Source: the human T2T-CHM13v2.0 reference genome, Homo sapiens. From it: DNA of 64,000 nt. Below the pieces are notes generated by a model. The model saw only the letters and a program-made list of their open reading frames with translations. It searched no databases and was not told the origin of the DNA. Below, in pieces: positions 12,356 through 24,869 of the stretch. Position numbers and translations under genes: made by a program. The stretch lies in NCBI RefSeq assembly GCF_009914755.1, contig NC_060930.1, one strand, 5' to 3'. Each line of letters opens with the position of its first letter. The stretch's first letter is position 1.

Positions 12356-13799
12356 TTACTTACCAGAATGTTCTCTTCAGAAAAAGTAATGATACCCTTT
12401 CATTGACATCATCCAAGTGATAATATACTTTTGTTTCTGTCATTGGAGTAATAATAACCTTTCAACCACATCACTGCACAGTGCTTCTTTCTTTTATTGT
12501 ACATAATGCATAAAAATAAAGAGGGTATATTATTTCTTAAGGAAATAGGTTGTTATTTAAATAAATTCCAAGCATCAGAAAACTACAGTTCTTGCTGATG
12601 TGTACTAAAATTTCTATAGATACTTATAACTTTGTATAGAAATTTAATTTTAATATTCTTTCAATTGTCACATCATACTTAAGTACGGATCTCCACTATT
12701 TCACATCTCAAAAATATGACTTAAAACCAGTTATAGTTGTTTATACCCCGATGATAAGGGATTAGAATTTTTTTTTGCCAAATACTCCTTAGGCTAAGTT
12801 TCAAAGTCTGGTTTGTATAAAATATTACTAGCAGATAAATAGTTTGTTAATAAAACATCCAAGCTTGTGCTGATGGGTGAATTTGCTATAATGTAATAAA
12901 GGCTGACACTACTCATAGTGAGAATTTAACCTTTTCCTCAGAATACCTTATTCATTTAAATGAACTCACAGGTTTAATGTAAAATATTTCATATATATTT
13001 GATACGATCCTGTACAAATTGTTTCCTAGCATAATAAATTGAATACAGTGTGAAATAAATTGTGACTTTGTTTTTTTTACTTAGTATCTCAAGTTTGAAG
13101 AATATAAGTTCTTTATGTTTTTGCTTAAGTTTGATTTACTTTATCATTAATCATAATAATAGGATTTGTGCTGGATGATGGAAATCCAAACGGTGTTACT
13201 CAGTATAATAAGAAAAGTGAACTACATATGGAATGTTTAAAATAAAGAACTAATCTTAAACCAATCAGATTGTTTCATGATGCAGACAGGAATCTCAGGA
13301 AATAGGCTTAGTGGAATTTTCTGGCAATTAAGTATAAAATTTTACATGCTTTAAGTAAATATTTCTTAAACAAGTGTCTATTTCTGGTCTCATTCCACTC
13401 TCCAAAGAGTTTCATCTGAGCTTAATAATGTTGGTTTGAAGGCATACTTGCAAATAGAGGGCAGAAATGTTAACTCTATTTCCAGATTTCTACTATTGCA
13501 AACAGTCTCTAAGTTAAAGCCAAAGTTGTTTTCTATTTTATTGGAGCAAGGGAAGCCTGATTAAAGCTTTTTTTAGAATACATATTCACTCAGCAGAGCA
13601 AGAAAACAACCTCAAGACTGACATAGCTGTTCTAAAAGTCATCTTTTGGTTTTATTGTTGGAAAGAGGGATTGCTCATCAAATCACTGATAATAAGAATG
13701 CTTAGATGACGCTGTTATGTAGTTGATGTTACTTAGCATGCCAAGTCTCTTTCTGTACATATTAAAAGTGATACGTTGTTCTCAGCCAAGACTAATAAA

Positions 13800-14740
13800 T
13801 TTTTTTCTGGTAACAGCTTTATTGAGATATAATTCACAAACCATACAATTCACCCACTGAAATTGTACAGTTCGATGGTTTTTACTATATTCACAGTTAA
13901 TGCAACCATCACTGCAATCAATTTTAGGACATTTTCGTCACTCCAAAAAGAAATCTCGTATCTATTAGCAATCGCTCCTTATTTCCTCCTAACCACCCCT
14001 CACCCAACCTCTCAGCTCTAGGCAACCACTAATTTACTTTCTGTCTGTATATATTTGCTATTGTAGACATTTAATATAATTGAAATTATATAGTATGTGG
14101 TCTTTCGTGACTAGCTTCTTTCACTTGTCATAGTGTTTTCAAAGCTCATCCATGTTGTAGTATATATCAGTAGTATATCAATGTGTTTTATTGACAAGTG
14201 ATATTCCATCATGTGTATATACCACATTTTATTTAGCTCTTCATCAGTTAAAGGACATTTGGGTTGTTTCCACCCTTTGGCTATTATGAATAATGTCGCT
14301 ATGAACATTTGTGTACACATTTTTGAGTGGACATATGTTTTCACTTCTCTTTGGTATATGCCAAGGAGTGGAATTGCTGGATTATATAGTAACTCTATGA
14401 TTACCCCTCTGAGGAACTGCTGGACAGTTTTGCAAAGAGGTTGTGCCATTTTTCATTCCCATAAGTGTTATATGGGGATTCCATTTTCTACATGTCATCA
14501 CCAACACTTGATATTATCTGTCTTTTTTTTATTATGGCCATACTGATGGGGGTGAAGTAGTATTTCATTGTGGTTTTGCCTTACGTTTCCTTAATGATGT
14601 TGACATTCATCTTTTAGTGCTTTATTGGCTGTTCGAATATCTTCTAAGATAAATGTCTATTCAGATCCTTTGCCTATCTAAAAAATTGTGTTGTCTTTTT
14701 ATTGTTATAATAAGAGATCTTTAAATATTCTTTTATCAAT
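13800..14740 (-). mobile_element. L1MB-type LINE-1 3' end
   Basis: Minus ORF 14111-14449 reads as the L1 ORF2 C-terminus (PAIPLLGIY...MFIATLFIIAKGWKQPKCP...MWYIH); acagctttattgagatataattcac end. Confidence 0.92.
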
Positions 14741-17411
14741 TTTGCTTTGTGTGGTTTACTAAGGTAAAAACCTTGGGTGTGCAATTAATACATTCAATTG
14801 TTAGCAAAATTATTAAAACAATAACTTATAATTTTTGGTCCACCTGAAATAGGGAAACTAATTTGACTCAACTTTTCTTTCAATTGTTGTGGAGTCTGGT
14901 TGACTGCCAAATTTTGTAAATTTTAATATTTTACCCAGTAAAAAGCTTATTAAATAATAGGATATACTGATTAGAGGTTACTTTCAGGAAATTAAATATT
15001 TTTGTGTCTTCAGAAAGAGTTCTCCTTTTGGAAAGATACTATATGGATAAAGAAGTAAATTTTAAGTACATATTTTTTTAAAGTGCATCAGTTATTATTT
15101 AAAGGAACATTTAAATTTTAGCATTTGAGCAGCTATCTTTCCTCCTTCAAAGTTTTCTCATTATCCTTTCCTTGTACGTATTATTATTTATAGGCTGCAA
15201 ATGAAACCTAAAAGAACATAAATGGTTTTCTATTTCAACAAAAGCAATCACCTCCACGTCTCACTTTCTTATCTTTAATTAAATAAGTAAGATAAAAAGT
15301 AAAAATCATGGTTGCCCCTTTGGTTTTGCTGGTCTGACCCATTATCCCAGCACATTGTGGTAGAGATATAATAAGCCTGCTTTGCCTAGAAGATCACTTA
15401 GGAACAACCAAGGCTTGGGGAAGAAATCAGTTGCCACTAAAATGTCAAAGTATCAAGTATTTCTGCATGTGTAACTAGAGGAAAAGGAGAGAAGACAGCA
15501 GTGCTTCTGATGAGGCCCAAGATCTCTGGCATTTGAAAGAAAGGTGAAAGCTGTTGATGGTCACTTTCTTTGGGTCTCTTTCCTTGGGTCAGGATTGTAC
15601 ATGAAAGTCGCTTTAGATACATTGGCCAGAAAGAATGTGTGTAGCCTAACACAAACGTGACCTACTTTTTACGAAAGGAAGAAATTCTTGGGAGGTATAA
15701 CTGAAAATTATCGTCCCAATTTACAAACTCACTGGACAGTATGAATTTCTCTTAGGGCTCCTAATCTATTTCAGTCAGACAGTAAGTCTTCGCCATGAAA
15801 ACAAAACGAAATGGACTATAAAACTGAACAGGCTGGGCTTAGTTATAGATCTGATTGTTTGGCTATGTGCAGGGAACCAGCATTTAAAAAATAATTCCAG
15901 CTTTAATCTGAAATAAAGCAAAGTCTGAATGTATGGCATAGCTTAGTGAAAAAATAAGCTCATAAATGTCTATAAATGCATTTATAAATATATTTAAAAA
16001 TTTTTAAAGCAGATGCAATTCTTTGTCACAAATACGGATGTGATTCTAAATATCAGCAAGTTTCTGCTAACAAAAAGATGCAAATGAAAGTCATGATCCA
16101 AAACCTGGGCATAGTAATAATTCTGGTATCTGGTTTGAGTTTTAGCTCCTTTCTTAGCTGTCAGCAAAATCATCCTCTGAACTTCTCACTCTTATGCCTG
16201 CCCGTCTTTATTTTAACTCATAGACAAGCAGTTGGAATTTTGCCATTTAACAGCCAAGCCCTGTGGCAGGATAATAAGTAACAGTCCACTAACATGAATG
16301 CAGAGAAAAGCATATGTTAGGCCAGGAGGGATGAAAATTGTCCACATAGAAGAAAAAATAGAAAAAGCAAGACAGAAAGAAAAAGATAAATAAAACCTTA
16401 AGGGCAAGAATTTTCTGTTTACAAATATGCTCTCCTTTAGCCTAGCTTTTACAAGTGGGTGACTGCATTTTGCAGTCTTAGTAAATCACGACTGCTTAAC
16501 CATGCATTTAAAGCTATTAAATTAAGTTACCAACAGCCAATCCCCCAAAACTTATATGCATGAAAAGACATAAAAATAAAATAAAACAATAAAGAAAATT
16601 TCTTATTTAAAATTTAATGTTGATATGATTAAAAACATATATCAACATCTTAAAAGCAATCAGACTTCATAATCAAGGAGTAGGCATGTTATAATAAAAA
16701 CAAGCTCTAGTTTCATTTCTGGTGCAGGTTTAATTTATTATTATTTTTTTAAAAGCTGAAAATGGTAGGAGGTGATTCATTTGTTTGGATTGAGGACTAC
16801 ATCTGGTTCAGAGTTAATAGTCATCTAAAAGTAAAGTATCATTTGAGAAGGCTTAGGGGTATGCCGGAAGTTTTAACTTTTACATCATTTGCTAATGTGC
16901 TAGTTATCTGGAAGCTATTAAATTAGAATATCTGATTTTGCTGAGATTAAAAAGAAATATTAGACCCATAGTTAATTTTTTGTGCAGAACGCTTCCATTA
17001 TATTCTGCCAAGTTTTAAACATCCAATGTAACAGCCTGTTTTTGTTTTTTTTGCTTTAGGAAATGTTCTTCAATTTGCCATATAGGAAATTAAAAAGTAT
17101 AACATTTGAAGTAGGATAATGTTCTGAGCTTATGTTTTACAAAGCTTTGAACATTAAAACTGTTCATGGTTTAAATAATTTCATGGTTAATATTTGTGAT
17201 GTATAAATTCACTGGTTTCCTCTACTATGGCATGTTAAATTCCAGGTAACCTATATCTGAAGAAGAATTAGTTGTAACAAAGATTTTTTTTTTAATCTTT
17301 CTCGAATGGGAAGATCCATATAGTATAGGAAATTGTGAGAATACTAATGAATTACTCAGAAATAAACTAAAATTGTGAAAAAAGTAAAGAAGTTAGAGAT
17401 GAGAGAATGTC

Positions 17412-17480
17412 ATGACCAACGATGGATTTAGACTTAATTGCGTATTTGGCACATTGAAGTCTAAGTCCATTGTTGGTCAT
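17412..17480 (+). repeat. 24-bp inverted repeat / hairpin
   Basis: atgaccaacgatggatttagactt (17412-17435) pairs with aagtctaagtccattgttggtcat (17457-17480): 22 Watson-Crick plus 2 G-U pairs. Confidence 0.9.
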
Positions 17481-18116
17481 TTATAAATTTTTAGACTGCA
17501 GTTTTTAATATTTGGTTTTCTCTTCATTTTCCTTTCCTAAAATTATTTCCTCTTCTTCCTTTTCATCTCTTCTTTTATTCCTTGTTTCCCAGTGAAATTA
17601 TTTTCTAGCACAGCAAGACATGGTTCCACTCTGAGGCGAATTTTAAGATGCCGATGTTATTCTATTTGGTTTTGCAAGCTCAGGGCACACATATACGAGT
17701 GTGTGGAGTGTGTGTACGTATCAAAGAAGTTTTTATTCTAAGAAAATTTTGAATATAAGTTTGAATTTATTACTTTTCTCTTTTGCCTAGTATGTTATAC
17801 AAATTCTACATAGTTTTAGAGCCAAATTACAGCAATCAGTTCACAATCCCTGTGATCATATTATTTTCTTAAAATTTCTTGTTTATTTGAAATGACTATA
17901 TTGACTTATTTTAGCTGAAATATAGTCACAAACAGATCCTCTTGTAATGCTTTTCTCAAGATTCCAGCTGAGAAACTGCAAATATGAAAATACCACAACT
18001 GATTTCTTCAACTACTTATTAAATATCATCTTAAGTTACAGTTCAAGATCAACTTCTTTGGGACAAGCAACTATTTACTTATGTATGAGATTTTTAAAAA
18101 TATCGCTTATGATTGT

Positions 18117-18245
18117 TTTGGTGTATGAAGGATCCTGTCACCCAGGTAGTAAGCATAGTATCCAACCAAAGCTCAGGAACATGCAGTTTACCCATGTAAC
18201 AAACCTGCACATGTACCCCCTGAACTCCAAAGTCGAAAAATAAAA
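18117..18245 (+). mobile_element. Very short L1P(A/B) 3' end with 5' inversion
   Basis: 18117-18165 is the reverse complement of the L1 3' UTR (ttggatactatgcttactacctgggtgacaggatc); 18166-18245 is sense (cccatgtaacaaacctgcacatgtacccc). Confidence 0.85.
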
Positions 18246-18959
18246 TTAAGTCTTCCAATAGCTTGTTCTTTAAAAAAAAGATTGTTTTTAAATTTTGGAA
18301 ATAATTTTCTATTGCAACAGTATTAAAAGAATGGGACTTGGTCCAAGAATAACTCCCAAACTGGTTGTTTATCTCATAATAAAGCTGAATTGTGGAAATC
18401 TAGAACCTAACTTCAATACATTGTTTTCCGAGAAAAAAAATGGAACACTCTTAATTTATTTCTGATTTATCAGAATTTTGCTCTCCATGTGCAATCCAAT
18501 TCTTACCTCTGGATGCATGACCTCATAGGGGAAAAAAATTGTTCATTTCTGGCTCGCCACAATTTCATGCTCATTTTAACTGAGCCCTTACCAGTGCCCT
18601 TCTATTTTAATTTATCTGTTGTTGGTTCTCTAACAAAATATCCAAAGGAGTAGCTGCCATGAATATTTTATCTTTCCAATTCCATATTCCCTTCCTTCTC
18701 AACTTCCATTTGTATTCCTCATCAAATGATTATTCTCCCTGTTGATGTGAAAAGATTTAGGACACTTTCCCTCCTCCTCAGCTTGTCAACTTGTGATTTC
18801 CTTTGATTTCAGAGAAAGAGATGATTCTTCTATAAAACCAACCTATCTCTCTGTCCTTGACCCAGCTTCTCCTGTTTCATAAGAGATATTACTCTTATAG
18901 ATCTTCTTTTCTAGTCTTTACATACACATTTGTTCCCTCATCCCCCTCTGGCTACTGTC

Positions 18960-19400
18960 CTCTTTCCTCTTTTCCTTTAGTGAAAAATGTCTTCCATGTC
19001 CCTTGCATCTGTATCACCCTGGATGTAAGTTCATTTAATTGTTTTCTCTTTTTCCCTTTCTACGGAGATTGCCTTCTCAAAATCAACTTCGTGTCAGCTC
19101 TAGCAGTCACATATTCACTCTCAGTCTGGTTAATTCTTTAGTGCATTTCACAACTTAAAACTGTTTTTTTCTTGACTTCTGGGAAAGCACATTATATTGC
19201 CCCATAATACTCAGATTCTTCTCTTACTACCACCTAAATGCTCAGTCTTTTTCATATATTCCTTTTCACTCCTCTGTGTGTTATCTCTACTAAATATGAA
19301 ATCTCAGCGATCTCATCTACCCCATTACTGCAACTCTCCCTTCTATGTGAAAAAGCCCAAAATAATAATCATTTCCCATTTTCAAAGAGCTTTTCCTTGG
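18960..19400 (+). mobile_element. L2 fragment
   Basis: Pyrimidine-rich L2-like motifs (ttagtgcatttcacaac, cttgacttctggg, ctaaatatgaaatctc). Confidence 0.45.
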
Positions 19401-19879
19401 ATACTTATATTTAATCTTTAATAAGAATTTATGAGGTAGATACATTCATTACACAGACTACCAAATTCACATTTTCAGTTTCCTACTATTTGGTCATTCT
19501 CCATAAGTCAACTAGATATTTACTGCACTTAGGCATTCACTGTGGTGTAGTAATGTATCAAAAATTAAGTCTATTGTCTTTTTATGTCCCATCCAGTGTC
19601 CCTTCTCAACCTTCCTGTTGGTATTAAATTGGCCAGGCTACTGGCCAAGTCTGTTAGTTCAAAGTCTTAAGAGTAAGCTTCATTTCAAACAGTAGAGGCT
19701 TCCAATGGGATGAACTTGGATTATTATCTGTTGGTGACCCTCCCCACTGTCAACTCATCCTTTAGAAGCCCACTCAAATGCCAGCTCCTTCAAGAGTCAT
19801 CACCTTATCGCAATGCTCCTAGGAACATTTTCACAACTCTGTTCCTGTGGCACTTTTTGTCTCCATCCTGATATTGCTA

Positions 19880-20120
19880 AATAGTGTGGCTCTCAGACCT
19901 CGGGGTGTTGGGTCAGACAGGCTCGTGCTCCAGTTTTTGTGCTGCCACTTACGAGGTGGATGACTTGTTGCAAGTCACCTTTTTAAAGCTTCGTTTTTCC
20001 ATATTGGTACACAGTGTTCATGATCATAATGCCTAGTTTGTGGGATGTTTAAAAAGATTACATCAGATAATCATACGCGGAACTGGAACATACTAAATGC
20101 TCAAAAAATTGTTAGCTAAC
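19880..20120 (+). mobile_element. MIR
   Basis: gctgccacttacgaggtggatgacttgttgcaagtcacc...aaagcttcgtttttcc...catactaaatgctcaaaaaattgttagct. Confidence 0.75.
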
Positions 20121-20299
20121 TCACTTTCTATAATGTAATATTCTGAACACATGCAGAACCTGACTTTTAAGATCCAGTTCCTAGTTTTGTGCCTGAGGCT
20201 TTACAATGCTGTGATGCTGTGATCTGGTCATGACTTAGAATACTTTGATTATCTCTGCTATACAATGGAATGTATTATAATTTAAATAAGTATTTGTGG

Positions 20300-20640
<341 letters not shown>

Positions 20641-20869
20641 CTATAAAGATGTTCATAAACTATTCTTGCTAAATTGTAAACAATGATTAAAATCAAGCAT
20701 TTGAACAGCAGAATCTGATTTTGTACATCTTTGCATTTTGTATATTACATGAGCAAAACCAGGGTGGATTATATTTAAAAATTTTAGTTATTTGTTGATT
20801 GAATTTACTTTGATGTCAATCCTCCATTTCTTATATATATGCACTTTCCAAATCCTATTGATCAAAAAA

Positions 20870-21350
20870 ATGAAAAATCTCATCTTCATTACCCTGTAAC
20901 CCAAAGCCACTCCTCTAATCAGACCCCAACTCCCTTTAAGAATAACCATAAGTGTCTCCTACTTGGCCCTCATACCTCCAGCTTTTAACTCTATTAATCC
21001 ATTTATTACAATGATATACAATAGATAATCTTCTGTAAACACTCATTTGACCATGCCCTTCCCTTGTTTAAGAACTTGCAATGACTTGCTTTTTCCTAGC
21101 ACAGCAAAGCTAAATTTCTCCCTTGAATTTTAAAATCCTCCATCTGTTTCTACTCTTCCTATGCAATATTATTTTCCATTATTCCTTAACAAGCTTCCAC
21201 CATCCTACTGAGACAGGTATATTTTTTGTCTCTAGTAAACTAGGCCCTGAAGATAAAAATTTGCATAAAATATTCAGTAGCATGTTCCTTATTTTGCTCT
21301 CACCTTCTATGCTTTTACACATGCTATTTAAGTCTCCTGGAATGCCTTCT
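20870..21350 (+). mobile_element. L2 fragment
   Basis: gtctcctacttggccctc...tttgaccatgcccttcccttgtttaagaacttgcaatgac...cctggaatgccttctcc. Confidence 0.6.
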
Positions 21351-21639
21351 CCTAAACTCCATGACCCAATACACATTTTTTCTCCCCTGTCAACTATTTC
21401 TTCATGAATCTCCCCCCTCTTAATGTTGTTACATAGTCTCTAAAAATAATCTAAAATAGATGATTTAGTCATGTGGAATAAGATTCAGAAGGTATCCCAG
21501 GCCATGTAGTTAAAGTCTCTTAACCTCAGCAACACGCCTGCCAGATTCCCTCCTTCTCTGAGAGATGTTCTCTATATAAACAAATATTATATATATTCTT
21601 CCCTTATTTCTCTTTCGCCCCTCTTTTTAATACAAATGA

Positions 21640-22060
21640 TGGAGGGAGTATCGAAGCTGTCCCTAAAGAGGTCACAATTAAGCAGAAACCTGAAAGAAAT
21701 GATTGAGCATATCAGGTAAGGATCTGGGGAAAGAAGATTCCAGGCAAAGTAAACAGTAATTGCCAAGTCCTTCAGATGGTAGCAAGCTTGTACTTCAGGG
21801 AGAATAAGCTGGACTGTGTTGTCTGCATGGAGGGTAAAGAGGAGATTGCGGCAGAGCAGGATGGGAAGGTAGGAGGGACCAAACCAAGGAGAGTAATCTA
21901 ACCCATGGGAAGTTTGGAATTTATTCTAAAGTTGATGCAAATCTATTATAGAGTTTTGTGGAGAGCATGCTATGAAATATTCATATTCTAAAATGACCGT
22001 GTGGATGCTCTGTTGGGATTTTTCAATAGGCAAGTATAAATAAGCAGGGAAGATATTTAG
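21640..22060 (-). mobile_element. L2 fragment
   Basis: gatctggggaaagaagattccaggcaaagtaaacagtaattgccaagtcc; tttggaatttattcta. Confidence 0.65.
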
Positions 22061-22079
22061 TGATCTTGGAAAAAGATGA

Positions 22080-22420
22080 AAAATCTCCATACGAAAGCTG
22101 TAAAAACACTTTCCTAAACTGCCAGTGACATTGCAAATCGAAATTACAGATTACTTAGAAATTAATGACATTAAGGTTACTATATATTAAAACCTATAGA
22201 ATATAAGCATAGTGGTACTTGGTGGGGGGACATTCATAACAGGAGGTGTATTTTTTTTTCAATGTTGAAGGTAAGTAACTAAAAAGAAACCAAACAAAAG
22301 TATAAGGATTAACAAAGTAAGGTTAAATAATTTGGTAGAAAGGATGAAACAAACTATAAACAGGAATTAAATATAAATACAATTAAAATTGGCAAATTTG
22401 AAGAAGAATAAGAGAAGATG
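22080..22420 (+). mobile_element. Old L1M ORF2 fragment
   Basis: ttagaaattaatgac...tatattaaaacctataga... A-rich ORF2-like sequence. Confidence 0.45.
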
Positions 22421-22733
22421 CATGAATACCTGTTGTAGGTAACTCTTGTGAGGGTGGTTCAGCTCAAAATTCCACCTTTTCTGGGACTGCTTTCTATTGT
22501 ATAGCAACTGATGCTTGGTAGCCCCATGTATGATATGTAGTCCTATCCAAGTAACTGTGATTCATAGAGGAAGGATTAGTGAACTCACCTCAAACTGGTG
22601 GTCCAGTTTGGGTGAGTTTTTCCTGGAAATTTGACATTTAAAATTGTTAAGAAAAAGAGAGTGTTTAAAGCACAGAGCAGTGGTCATCTGGGGATGTAAC
22701 TCCAAATGTTACTTGCATTCATAGGTATTTTAG

Positions 22734-22948
22734 CAAGCTTGTCCAACCTGCAGCCCATGGGCCATCTGCAGCCCTGGATGGCTTTGAATGTGGTCCAACA
22801 CAAATTTGTAAACTTTCTTAAAACATTATGAGATGATTTTGTGATTTTTTTTTTTAAAGCTCATCAGCTATCATTAGTGTATTTTTTGTGTGGCCCAAGA
22901 CAATTCTTCCAATTTGGCCCAGGGAAGCCAAAAGATTGGACACCTCTG
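22734..22948 (-). mobile_element. MER30 (hAT-Charlie)
   Basis: caagcttgtccaacc ... ggcccagggaagccaaaagattggacacctctg matches both MER30 termini. Confidence 0.9.
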
Positions 22949-23249
22949 CCAGGGAGTTTCTATATTCACATTATTCATACGTTCTTTAGCCTAAAATCCA
23001 TCTGTTTGAAAGGAGTTCAGTTTTTTAAAAATATGCTTTTCTCACTTTCATTTTCATAGTAACCTTTTTCTTCTTTACAAGAGAGAGGCATATGCCTCCA
23101 TCAGTATTCTTGAGTATTACAATGGTGCATTGTATTAGTGTGTAAAACTTAACCAGAATGCCAAACAATGGACAAATAGAAATACCGATGTTGGTGCTGA
23201 GAAAGTGAATGCCTAATGATTGGGTAACAAATCCTCTTGCAAATCAGGG

Positions 23250-24110
23250 GATTTCTTTTTCACCGAATTAAATAAAATTTAAAGAGAACCTAATAGAATT
23301 TCTATTGATTAATCTTTAAAAATAATTTTTGAAGAAATATCGCTAAGTAATTTTTGTCATATACCCAATAATGAATTCAAAGAACTGAATACGATTGCTA
23401 TATCAAAACTCCCTCTAGGACCTATTGTTACCTTATGTGAACAAGCTTTCTCAGCACTTGCATCTATGACAATGAAAATAGGGATTATATGGATGCTGAA
23501 CTATATTTCAATTGACAATAATAACATTCATTGATGAATATGTGAATTAATAGAAAAAATAAGAGAAATCAGTAAAGCTTCAGTTCCATCTATTTCATTA
23601 AGAAAAACATTTTCAAGTAAAGTTTACATTTTCATGATTGAAAATCATCAACATTTGCAAATTTGTTGTTTAAGTCACCTGCATACAACTAATAATTATA
23701 GAAATAATTTAGTCCAGAAAAAAGTAATTCAATACTTAGAAACTTATAGTCAAAGGAAATTAAACTTTAAGTTTGTATAGTTTTCTTATAAAAATATGTT
23801 AAAAGATAATAGAAGATGCCCAAACATAAAAATATGTATTAGCTTAGTATAAAGTTTTATAGGGCAAGTGAAAGATAAATAAAAAGAAAAGAATGGTGTA
23901 AAATTTTTACTTAGAAGAGCCTTTTTAAAAATGGATTGTAGTGGGTGTCAAATTATTATGGTATTTAGATTCCCACTACATACAATTTAAAGTGACATGA
24001 CAGTTTTATTTTTAACGTTACATATTTACAATAAGAAAAAAGGTATCTTTTGTAACTTCCTATATTTATAATGAAAATTTTGATTCTCAACCTAAAAATT
24101 CTTATGTAGA
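23250..24110 (+). mobile_element. hAT-Charlie element with degenerate transposase C-terminus
   Basis: Frame from 23313 reads SLKIIFEEISLSNFCHIPNNEFKELNTIAISKLPLGPIVTLCEQAFSALASM, then shifts to ENRDYMDAE, the hAT dimerisation-domain pattern; boundaries approximate. Confidence 0.7.
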
Positions 24111-24264
24111 TATATAAGAAAATGTCTGGGGACTTGTTCTAGAGAGAAGACCTATCCCTGAAACTTGTGCTGCAGAGGTCTTACAAAAGAACTTCTTCCT
24201 TTCACAAAGTAAAAGAGTTAGATTTGCAATTGAAAGAACCTAAAGAATTGCCAGCTTTTTGTTG

Positions 24265-24450
24265 GTATGAGTTAAGAACACAGGCTTTGAGTTCGAACTC
24301 TTATTAGGCCACTTGTTCTCTGTCTGATATCGGACAAGTAACATAATGATTTACCACTCAATTTCCTCATCTGAAAAATGGGAAAAAAATGTGGTACCTA
24401 TCTCAAAAGGGTATTTTGAGAGTTAAATTAATACAGTGCCTGACATAGAG
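24265..24450 (+). mobile_element. MIR
   Basis: ctcaatttcctcatctgaaaaatggg...tacctatctcaaaagggt...acagtgcctgacatag. Confidence 0.8.
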
Positions 24451-24869
24451 ATCCGAAATAGAAGTATTGTTATTATGATAAAGAAATGGACTCTAAAAAT
24501 ATGAACAGCAGAGAAAACATTAGAATATTTTAAACAAGTGTTTGACAAAACTGAAAAACTGGATTGTTGAATTTGCCTTTTAGAAAATACGTATACTGAT
24601 TTTGACTCATCTGAAGAAGAAAACCTGAACACAGTAATAATTATAGAAGAAACCAGCATCTAAGCAAGTTACCAGGATTATGTGATTTTATGACCAGGCT
24701 CTTCTGAACCTTTAGGCAAGGGAAAATTCTTAAGTTTTTAATAACTGCTTCTGAAAACAGGATAAGATGGAAATCTTATTGCTATGTTGACACTAGCAAA
24801 ACACTGATAAGCTAAACCTGACCCAGAAAGGAATCATTCATATATACACACGCACTCATGACAAATCTT

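Noticed and set aside
14111-14449. 112-aa ORF with protein-like motifs
   Set aside because: L1 ORF2 C-terminal fossil, not a host gene
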